In this document: piece by piece, positions 25,487 to 32,000 of the stretch
Position numbering within the stretch: the stretch's first letter is position 1
How the letters are laid out: each line of letters starts with the position of its first letter
NCBI GenBank assembly: GCA_000091165.1
Contig: FP565575.1
Span: 360,001 to 392,000, forward strand
Reading direction: 5' to 3'
Source: Candidatus Methylomirabilis oxygeniifera
GTDB taxonomy: Bacteria > Methylomirabilota > Methylomirabilia > Methylomirabilales > Methylomirabilaceae
DNA: 32,000 nt
Notes under the pieces: generated by a model
What the model saw: the letters and a program-made list of their open reading frames with translations, nothing else
Databases searched by the model: none
Told to the model about the DNA's origin: nothing
Program-made: the position numbers and the translations under genes

Positions 25487-26157
25487 GTACGCCCTCCCTG
25501 TCGCTGTTGCGTTGATAGTGCATCGGCTTCAACGGCCACCGCCTCGTGATCTTTGCAGACGAATAACATGAGCCCCTTCACCGCGAGGACCCTGACCTGA
25601 TCGCCGAGCTCAGCCCCCTCCTCGCAGTGAGCCGACCAGAGCTCGCCCCCGACCAGGACGCTTCCCTCCGGTGTGAGCGGCGTCCTGACTGTGCCGATCT
25701 GCCCGATGAGGCCCTCTGCGCCGGTGGTGGTCTTTTGGTGCTGAGCTCTGAGAGCCATGGTGACAATGAAACCGAAGAATACCGCCGTTGCCGCGGTGGT
25801 GAACAGGATGGCGCTGAGCGAGATCCGCATGAACGGCTCTGGACTCCTGATCAACATGAAGGAACCGAGGATCATGGCGATAATGCCGCCCACAGTCAGC
25901 ATTCCGTACGAGGTCACTTTCACTTCGGCGATGAAGAGAATAATCGCCAGCAGGATGAGGAGCAGTCCCGCGTAGTTGATAGGCAGAGTCTGGAAGGCGT
26001 AAAAGGCCAGAATCAGGCAGATCCCCCCGAGGACACCGGGTAGGATGGCGCCGGGGGTGGAGAGCTCGAAGTAGAGCCCGGCCAGACCCAGCATGAGCAG
26101 CATGTACGCAATGTTCGGATCAGAGATCACCTTCAGAACCTTATCCCGGAGACTCAT
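25483..26157 (-). CDS. NfeD-family protein, C-terminal part (TM region plus OB-fold NfeD domain)
   Basis: [31 protein letters not shown]..., several TM helices, and a C-terminal [17 protein letters not shown]...[13 protein letters not shown]-fold signature. The ATG overlaps the upstream stop (ATGA). Confidence 0.85.
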   Translation of the reverse strand: MSLRDKVLKVISDPNIAYMLLMLGLAGLYFELSTPGAILPGVLGGICLILAFYAFQTLPINYAGLLLILLAIILFIAEVKVTSYGMLTVGGIIAMILGSFMLIRSPEPFMRISLSAILFTTAATAVFFGFIVTMALRAQHQKTTTGAEGLIGQIGTVRTPLTPEGSVLVGGELWSAHCEEGAELGDQVRVLAVKGLMLFVCKDHEAVAVEADALSTQQRQGGRT

Positions 26158-26846
26158 CTCGATCCGTGTGACCTGACCCCCTTGGTGTGGAGCGTGACCT
26201 TGCCGTGGGCCGTCGTGACCTCCCGGCCATCTACGGCCACAAGCAGGTCATCCAGCTTATCCGCTACGAGGTCGATGATCTTGAGGTTGAGTGCCTCCTT
26301 CTCGGTTGCCGAGACGCTCTTGCGCACGGCATCCTCGGCCCACTGGACGTTCCGGCCGCGCTGCTCGGCGATCGTCCGGATATAGGCGGCCGCGTCGTTG
26401 GTGACCTTTTTGCTCATCTCTTTGTCCATCTGACCACCCATATTGACCGGGTGGGCGGCGCCGATATTGGTGCCGGGCGCCATGGCAGCGACGTGAGCGG
26501 CCAGAGTGATGAAGGCGCCGGCGGATGCGGCGCGGGCGCCGCTGGGCGAAACATAGACGATGATCGGGCGCTCGGCGGCCAGCATCTCCTTGATAATCGA
26601 GCGCATCGAGAGATCAAGGCCGCCCGGCGTATCCAGCTCAATGACCAGCGCCTGGGCTGCCTCGCGGTCGGCCTGCTTGATGGCGCGGATGATATAGTCG
26701 GCCGTACTGGGTGCGATGACTCCTTCCAGTTTGATCGCCAGCACGGGCCGGACAGCGGGCTCCGAGCGGGAGTAGGTGATGGCAGGCCATGCCAGCGCGA
26801 TGCCTATCAGCGTACACCAGACGACGAGCCGTTTCATCATTCGCAT
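26154..26846 (-). CDS. NfeD-family protein, N-terminal ClpP-class serine protease domain
   Basis: A signal/TM segment MRMMKRLVVWCTLIGIALAWPA is followed by IKLEGVIAPSTADYIIRAIKQA...LDTPGGLDLSMRSII...YVSPSGARAASAGAFI.... The ATG at 26846 overlaps the mazG stop (TGATG). Confidence 0.85.
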   Translation of the reverse strand: MRMMKRLVVWCTLIGIALAWPAITYSRSEPAVRPVLAIKLEGVIAPSTADYIIRAIKQADREAAQALVIELDTPGGLDLSMRSIIKEMLAAERPIIVYVSPSGARAASAGAFITLAAHVAAMAPGTNIGAAHPVNMGGQMDKEMSKKVTNDAAAYIRTIAEQRGRNVQWAEDAVRKSVSATEKEALNLKIIDLVADKLDDLLVAVDGREVTTAHGKVTLHTKGVRSHGSR

Positions 26847-27646
26847 CAGGAGCGACCATGGCTCTTGGCTTGCTGCCAAAGCTGCTCCATCTCCTCCAGA
26901 TCGATCTCCTCGAGGCCACGACCATCGCGCTGCAGCGCGGCTTCCATGTATTGGAACCTGGTCGTGAATCGTGTGGTGCTTTTGCGAAGTGCCTCCTCTG
27001 CGCTCAGGTTCAGGAACCTGGCGAGATTGACCATGCTGAACAGGACGTCTCCTAATTCTTCCTCAACTGCCTCCGGCGCAGCGGATCTCATGGCCTCTCT
27101 GAGTTCGCCAAGCTCTTCTTCGATCTTTGCCGTCACCCCCGAGATGTCGGGCCAGTCAAATCCGACACTTGCGGCCTTGTCCTGCAGCCGTTGGGCGCGG
27201 AGAAGGCCGGGTAGCTCTCTCGGGACGCCATCCAGGGCCGATATGGGGGCTGCGGTCGCGGTGTTGCGTTCCTTGCGCTTCAGTTCCTCCCACTGTTCCA
27301 GCACCTCACGGGCCGTGGAAGCTGTACCGTCGCCAAAGACGTGCGGGTGACGGCGCACCATCTTCTCGGCTGTCGCCGCCAGAACCTGCCCTATGGTAAA
27401 CTCGCGCCGCTCGGCTGCAAGCTGGGCGTGAAACACCACTTGAAAGAGCAGGTCGCCAAGCTCCTCCATGATCTGCTTAGGGTCCCCCTCGTCGATCGCC
27501 TCTACTACTTCATAGGCCTCCTCGATCAGGAACGGCTTCAAAGTCTCCCGTGTCTGTTCCCGATCCCATGGGCACCCATTGTCCGCCCGGAGCCGCTCCA
27601 TGATTCGCACCAGCGCCTCAAACTGCTCCCCGCTTGCCTCTGCCAT
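26846..27646 (-). CDS. mazG: Nucleoside triphosphate pyrophosphohydrolase MazG (tandem-domain housekeeping type)
   Basis: RLRADNGCPWDREQT...LIEEAYEVVEAID...EELGDLLFQVVFHAQLA...RHPHVF, with a second repeat EELGELREA...EELGDVLFSMVNLARF. Confidence 0.93.
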   Translation of the reverse strand: MAEASGEQFEALVRIMERLRADNGCPWDREQTRETLKPFLIEEAYEVVEAIDEGDPKQIMEELGDLLFQVVFHAQLAAERREFTIGQVLAATAEKMVRRHPHVFGDGTASTAREVLEQWEELKRKERNTATAAPISALDGVPRELPGLLRAQRLQDKAASVGFDWPDISGVTAKIEEELGELREAMRSAAPEAVEEELGDVLFSMVNLARFLNLSAEEALRKSTTRFTTRFQYMEAALQRDGRGLEEIDLEEMEQLWQQAKSHGRS

Positions 27647-27816
27647 TTGGCCTCCTTAAAGCTGTAAACTCGCTATTTTTTCTACAATAAGTATAATCTC
27701 CGGTAGCCATCCTGGCAAAGCGAATCTCCGGCTGGTCGGAATAAGGATGAATTACTTTGACAAGCAATAGACGAAACGCTAACGTACCGACTTTACGCTA
27801 TCTTCATGAGGCGACT

Positions 27817-28554
27817 ATGGAATCGTTCTACATCAGCCTGGCCTTTGGCTGCGCCGCCGCCGCGGCGAATGTGGCAGGTGGGCTCCTGCTTACGATCAAA
27901 CGACGTTGGGATGAAGTGCTGCTGAAGCACTTCGTGGCGGTCGGGACCGGTTTCATGTTGGGGGCGGCCTTTCTTGGCATGGTCCCTGAGAGCATGCGTT
28001 TGACCGACAATGCTCCCCTGCTGATTCTCGGCGGCTACCTGCTGATCCACTTCGCCGAGCACACGCTGTCGCCCCATTTTCATTTCGGCGAGGAGACCCA
28101 TGTGGAGGCGGTCCTGGCGCCGTCTGTCAGCCTCTTTGCCCTCACCGGCCTGCTGGTTCACACCTTCTTTGATGGGGTGTCGATCGCATCGGGATTTCAT
28201 GTGAGCACCGAGTTAGGGGTGCTGATTTTCGTTGCGGTCGCGCTGCATAAGATCCCAGAGGGGTTTACGGTCGGGTCGATCATGTTGGCATCCGGCAGGA
28301 CCCGGACCATAGCTGTTGCGTCCTCGGTGGCGCTCGGGTGCTCGACGATCCTGGGTCTCGTATTCGCGTCGTACCTTGAGGGACTGCTTGGATACCGACT
28401 GGCCATATCAGCGGGCGTCATGATCTATGTGGCGGCCTCGGACCTCATGCCGGAGGTCAACCGCGAGAAGGGGATCCTGATGGCGCTCATGGTGTTTGTT
28501 GGAGTCCTGCTCTTTTACCTGACCGAACAGCTCCTCTCCAATTTTGGTCACTAA
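27817..28554 (+). CDS. ZIP-family divalent metal transporter (ZupT-like)
   Basis: A multi-TM protein with HTFFDGVSIASGF and the signature HKIPEGFTVGSIM. ATG 27817 is preferred over TTG 27757. Confidence 0.85.
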   Translation: MESFYISLAFGCAAAAANVAGGLLLTIKRRWDEVLLKHFVAVGTGFMLGAAFLGMVPESMRLTDNAPLLILGGYLLIHFAEHTLSPHFHFGEETHVEAVLAPSVSLFALTGLLVHTFFDGVSIASGFHVSTELGVLIFVAVALHKIPEGFTVGSIMLASGRTRTIAVASSVALGCSTILGLVFASYLEGLLGYRLAISAGVMIYVAASDLMPEVNREKGILMALMVFVGVLLFYLTEQLLSNFGH

Positions 28555-28707
28555 GCCAGAATAAGCCACTGCGGAAGAGTTTGACACGTTTAAGCATCCT
28601 CCCGTATACTCCTATCTAATCCTGTCGTGGGCTGATGAGGATTGCGTGCCGGCGCTGGGAGCCGGAGCGTAGACATCGTTCCAGCCCGCACCTACAACGC
28701 GAGAGAG

Positions 28708-30648
28708 ATGTTGCGGAACACGACAGACGGGATCAATGGGAGAAAAAGAGACGGCGTCGCCGTCGCCCGGCGCACCGCCGTCGCCGTGGCGGGAGCGCTC
28801 CTCATACTGCTTGGAACCCTCAGTGCGACCCGGGTGTACGCCGCGCCGGGCAGTCTTGACCCCGCCTTCGGGACGGCCGGGAAGGTGACGACCGACTTCG
28901 GGCGCGCTGGAGATGCCTCTGCCGTGATCCTGCAACCGGACGGCAAGCTGGTGGCGTTAGGAACGTCATATGTCGCCGGCAACTCTGACTTTGCTCTGGC
29001 CCGCTACAACCCGGACGGCAGCCTCGATCCCACCTTCGGGACCGGCGGGACGGTGACGACTGACTTCGGTAGTCCCCTCGATTTCGCCCAGGCCCTCGTC
29101 CTGCAGCCGGACGGCAAGCTGGTCGCGGCGGGAAGCGCGAACGCCGCTGCCGGCAACTCTGACTTTGCTCTGGCCCGCTACAACCCCAACGGTACTCTCG
29201 ATCCCACCTTCGGGACCGGCGGCAAGGTGACGACCGACTTCGGTGACGGCGATGAGGCCCACGCCCTCGTCCTGCAGCCGGACGGCAAGCTGGTCGCGGC
29301 GGGCTATACGGATACGAGTGGTTCCTCGGTTTTTGCACTGGCCCGCTACAACTCCGACGGCAGCCTCGATCCCACCTTCGGGACCGGCGGTACAGTCGTG
29401 ACACCCATTGGTGACGATAATAATTCCGCCCACGCCCTCATCCGGCAATCGGACGGTAAGCTGGTCGTAGCGGGATCTACAAGGATTGCCGGTGACTACG
29501 ACTTTGCTCTGGCCCGCTACAACCCCAACGGTACTCTCGATCCCACCTTCGGGACCGGCGGCAAGGTGACGACCGACCTCGGCAGCCCGTACGATTCCGC
29601 CCGCGCCCTCGTCCTGCAACCGGACGGCAAGCTGGTCGTAGCGGGGTATATGGATGGCGCCAGCCAGTCGGCATTCGCCCTGGCCCGCTACAACCCCAAC
29701 GGCACTCTCGATCCCACCTTCGGGACCGGCGGGGTGGTGGTCGATACCGAGAGCGGAGATGGGGCGTTCGCCCTGGTTCTACAACCGAACAACAAGCTGG
29801 TTGCGGCAGGTTTCTCGTATGCGCAGGGCACGCAAGATTTCGCTCTGGCCCGCTACAACCCCAACGGTACTCTCGATCCCACCTTCGGGACCGGCGGAGC
29901 GGTCACCACTGATTTCGGTACTGAAGATGGCACTCGCGCCCTCGTCCTGCAGCCGGACGGCAAGCTCGTCGCGGCGGGGTGGACGGAAATTGCCGGGAAC
30001 TCTAACTTCGCCTTGACCCGCTATGAGGGCGATGCCGCCGTCCTCATGGTGCTGACCGCCGGGACCGGCTCCGGCATGGTGACCAGCGATGTGCCGGGGA
30101 TCGACTGCGAGCCGGACTGCAAGGCGAGTTACGCGCAACAGATGACCGTCACCCTCACGGCGGTCGCCGATCCGGGGTCGGTCTTTGCCGGCTACTCGGG
30201 CGATCCCGGTTGCGAGGACGGCATCGTCACCATGAATAGCGACACCACCTGTATCGCCACCTTCAACCTCCTGACAGCCGGTCCCGACCTCACCGGAACC
30301 TGGCGGAGCCTGATCCAGAGCTGCAAGGGCGAGGGGGTCGAGCAGAAGTGTAAACTCAAAGGAAAGGTACAGATCCACAACGTGGGGACCGCGAAGGCTC
30401 CCAGTGGATCCTTCCTGCGGTTCTACCTCTCGGCTGATCCGGTATGGGATGGCAGCGACACCCTCCTGCAGCAGGTGTCCGTCAGCAGTCTGAAACCGGG
30501 AAAGACTAAGAGCAAGAAGATCAAGTATCGACAGCCGACCAGTCAGACCGCCAAGGGGCTGTACCTCCTCGCCGTCCTCGATGTCACCGGGCTCATGGCG
30601 GAGCTGGACGAGACGAACAATCTGGTGGTCTTCGGGCCGATTCCGTAG
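28708..30648 (+). CDS. Secreted repeat protein: signal peptide, seven delta-60-type repeats (predicted beta-propeller), an InlB-B-repeat-like Cys module and a CARDB-like C-terminal domain
   Basis: Signal peptide AVAVAGALLILLGTLSATRVYA. The unit LDPTFGTGGKVTTDFG...ALVLQPDGKLVAAG...DFALARYNP(N/D)G occurs seven times. GSGMVTSDVPGIDCEPDCKASY...TLTAVADPGSVFAGYSG follows. Then PDLTGTW...VQIHNVGTAKAP...FYLSADPVWDGSD...ETNN. ATG 28708 is preferred over the track start. Confidence 0.85.
   Translation: MLRNTTDGINGRKRDGVAVARRTAVAVAGALLILLGTLSATRVYAAPGSLDPAFGTAGKVTTDFGRAGDASAVILQPDGKLVALGTSYVAGNSDFALARYNPDGSLDPTFGTGGTVTTDFGSPLDFAQALVLQPDGKLVAAGSANAAAGNSDFALARYNPNGTLDPTFGTGGKVTTDFGDGDEAHALVLQPDGKLVAAGYTDTSGSSVFALARYNSDGSLDPTFGTGGTVVTPIGDDNNSAHALIRQSDGKLVVAGSTRIAGDYDFALARYNPNGTLDPTFGTGGKVTTDLGSPYDSARALVLQPDGKLVVAGYMDGASQSAFALARYNPNGTLDPTFGTGGVVVDTESGDGAFALVLQPNNKLVAAGFSYAQGTQDFALARYNPNGTLDPTFGTGGAVTTDFGTEDGTRALVLQPDGKLVAAGWTEIAGNSNFALTRYEGDAAVLMVLTAGTGSGMVTSDVPGIDCEPDCKASYAQQMTVTLTAVADPGSVFAGYSGDPGCEDGIVTMNSDTTCIATFNLLTAGPDLTGTWRSLIQSCKGEGVEQKCKLKGKVQIHNVGTAKAPSGSFLRFYLSADPVWDGSDTLLQQVSVSSLKPGKTKSKKIKYRQPTSQTAKGLYLLAVLDVTGLMAELDETNNLVVFGPIP
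28855..30030 (+). repeat. In-frame tandem DNA repeats (unit about 170 nt) encoding the delta-60 blades
   Basis: A 78-nt stretch is identical at 29161-29238 and 29500-29577. Near-identical copies lie near 28983 and 29840. Confidence 0.9.
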
Positions 30649-30755
30649 GTCGAGACCCTTATTTGCAGATCAACCTTCCGATTGGGCTTGCCCCCGGCGT
30701 GTGAATTTGATATACATGGACACGGTTTAATAACGAATAATCAATAGAGGGCGGT

Positions 30756-31475
30756 GTGGGGAAGAGCCGATATATCGCGATGGTGCTGGCGAGCCTCGTC
30801 TTGCTGTCGGTAAGGCCGGCATCGGGGGAGATCTATTTCCGAACCGACGAGGATGGGTTTGTGCACTTTACTAACGTACCGACGACACCGCAACACAGGC
30901 GGCTTCAACCGGGAGTGTTGCCTCCTACCACCAAACTGACCAGTGCGAACATGTCGGAGCTGATCAACGCCCTCGGCGCTGAGTATGGGCTTGATCCTGC
31001 TCTGATTCGGGCCGTCATTCAGGTGGAGTCGAACTTTAACCGCAAGGCTGTCTCGCCTAAAGGCGCGCAGGGGCTGATGCAACTGATGCCGGCCACTATC
31101 TGGCGCTTCTCAGTGGGAGACGCCTATGATCCTCATGAGAACATCGGGGCGGGCGCCCGATACCTCCGCCAGCTTCTGGACCTATTTCGCGGGGATCTGA
31201 CGCTGGCGCTGGCCGCCTATAACGCCGGAGAAAACGCCGTACTCCGGTATAAGGGAATACCGCCCTATGCGGAGACCCGGGACTATGTGGCGAAAGTCCT
31301 CAGTCTGTACCGGCGCGGGCAACGAGAGCGCCACGCCGGCGGGCCGATCGAGACGGTTGCCCAGGTGATTGCGGCACAGCCGCCGCCCCCTCCGCCGCCA
31401 CCGTCCATCTATAAGGCGGAGGCGTCCGATACCATCCTGTACACGAATATCCCACCGATCGTCCAGTCTCCTTAG
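30756..31475 (+). CDS. Lytic transglycosylase (SLT domain) with signal peptide and Pro-rich C-terminus
   Basis: LIRAVIQVESNFNRKAVSPKGAQGLMQLMPAT...AYNAGENAV is the catalytic-Glu ES motif context. GTG start at 30756 with AGAGG 5 nt upstream. N-terminal MGKSRYIAMVLASLVLLSVRPASG. Confidence 0.88.
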   Translation: MGKSRYIAMVLASLVLLSVRPASGEIYFRTDEDGFVHFTNVPTTPQHRRLQPGVLPPTTKLTSANMSELINALGAEYGLDPALIRAVIQVESNFNRKAVSPKGAQGLMQLMPATIWRFSVGDAYDPHENIGAGARYLRQLLDLFRGDLTLALAAYNAGENAVLRYKGIPPYAETRDYVAKVLSLYRRGQRERHAGGPIETVAQVIAAQPPPPPPPPSIYKAEASDTILYTNIPPIVQSP

Positions 31476-31648
31476 GTATCTGACGGGTAGTCATTAGCCG
31501 CCGTTGTGATCCTGGATGTACACCTCTGTATCGTTTGATCGTTAACCCCGTCCGCACGTCAGTTTTCAGTGCGGCTCCTTTGACGGGAGCCCAGGCAACG
31601 GTTGAATCTGCTGGAGGTCCATTCCCCTCGGATTGCCACGAGTTCGTC

Positions 31649-31668
31649 ATACCGGCGGAAGCCGGTAT
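31649..31668. terminator. Perfect hairpin ATACCGGC-ggaa-GCCGGTAT between convergent genes
   Basis: An 8-bp perfect stem with a GGAA tetraloop lies between the transglycosylase (+) and the ArsC-like gene (-). It resembles REP-type elements that give 'VIPAEAGI' pseudo-ORFs. Confidence 0.35.
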
Positions 31669-31684
31669 CCGGTTCCAACGGCCG

Positions 31685-32000
31685 TTAACGAAGCAATTGT
31701 TCGTACGTTGCAGCGTCAAAGCCGACAACGAGCGTGCGGCCCTTCCGGAAGGTCGGAGCTCGCAGGCCCCCAGTCGGTCCCATCAGGAGTGCCAGAAGTT
31801 CGGTCCTGCCGGGCTTATCTTTCCGTAGATCTATATAGACACGCTTCTGCCCTTTCGTCGCGTAGATCTCGTCCACCTCTTGGACCAGCGCGAGCGCGTC
31901 TTTCTCCTTCAGGGTCTGTTTTTTCGCATCTATCTGCAACACGATTTCGATGCGATGTTGCGCAAGAAACTCTTGCGCCTTGACGCAGCCCTTTCATCCG
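31685..32000 (-). CDS. ArsC/Spx/YffB-family thioredoxin-fold protein, 5'-truncated by the window edge, with an in-frame TGA at the first redox-Cys position (candidate selenoprotein)
   Basis: The frame reads G-TGA-KGCVKAQEFLAQHRIEIVLQIDAKK...GPTGGLRAPTFRKGRTLVVGFDAATYEQLLR*. It aligns to the CxxCxKA...RP...GF...Y...F pattern of ArsC-family proteins. TGA lies at 31996-31994 and the stop TAA at 31687-31685. Confidence 0.6.

Noticed and set aside
26187-27350. 387-aa ORF on the plus strand
   Set aside because: It is antisense to the NfeD protease part and mazG, both of which have clear family motifs. It has low-complexity, Arg/Gly/Ser-rich composition.
26846-27646. Link between the housekeeping mazG and the MazG-like domain of the 881-aa protein
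   Set aside because: The two belong to visibly different subfamilies (tandem-domain MazG with RHPHVF versus the KxVRDKIPEII PRA-PH-like type) and lie 7 kb apart in different contexts. There is no evidence that they function together.
28820-30378. Several 190-220-aa minus-strand ORFs and the periodic repeats, considered as a possible CRISPR or independent genes
   Set aside because: The periodicity (about 170 nt units, no unique spacers of fixed size, continuous plus-strand reading frame) is that of a coding tandem repeat. The minus-strand ORFs are its antisense shadows. There are no cas genes.
31815-31997. 60-aa minus-strand ORF starting MKGLRQG... as the true 5' end of the last gene
   Set aside because: It is out of frame with the conserved ArsC-like body and is Arg-rich nonsense. 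The frame containing the TGA reproduces the family's CxxCxKA motif instead.

Overview
High-GC bacterial chromosomal window with a core / accessory / core layout. Core left (1-12.4 kb): the 3' part of a kdp operon, namely kdpB (interrupted by a 1-nt frameshift), kdpC, kdpD and kdpE. It also holds a 942-aa PAS-rich hybrid histidine kinase whose N-terminal membrane domain looks like the plant ETR1 ethylene/Cu(I)-binding domain, an M28 peptidase, a small secreted protein and a DEAD-box RNA helicase. Accessory (about 12.4-22.5 kb, ending at the 3' end of a minus-strand tRNA-Ala(CGC)): a patch of gene fragments (PIN-like, N- and C-terminal methyltransferase pieces) interleaved with two families of short direct repeats. 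It also holds an ORF6N/KilA-N-like gene, an orphan XRE antitoxin-like gene, a YdjM-like hydrolase, a YciI-like protein and a DUF433/DUF5615 toxin-antitoxin pair. Inside it lies a visibly lower-GC, tightly packed four-gene operon (15.6-20.3 kb). It encodes a HIT-family nucleotide hydrolase/transferase, a 4-TM protein, a Dam-family N6-adenine methyltransferase with no nuclease partner, and an 881-aa fusion of a PEP-synthase/PPDK-type ATP-grasp, a swivel phospho-His domain and a MazG/PRA-PH-like NTP pyrophosphohydrolase. I do not recognise this combination as any named system and flag it as the main candidate for a novel nucleotide-centred defence or DNA-modification module. Core right (22.7-32 kb): TraT-like lipoprotein, pyrE, msrA, an SPFH/NfeD pair (NfeD split at a homopolymer), mazG, a ZIP transporter, a seven-repeat delta-60/CARDB secreted protein, a lytic transglycosylase, and a partial ArsC/Spx-family gene with an in-frame TGA at the redox-Cys position plus a downstream hairpin (candidate selenoprotein). 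No rRNA, CRISPR array, transposase or integrase was seen.
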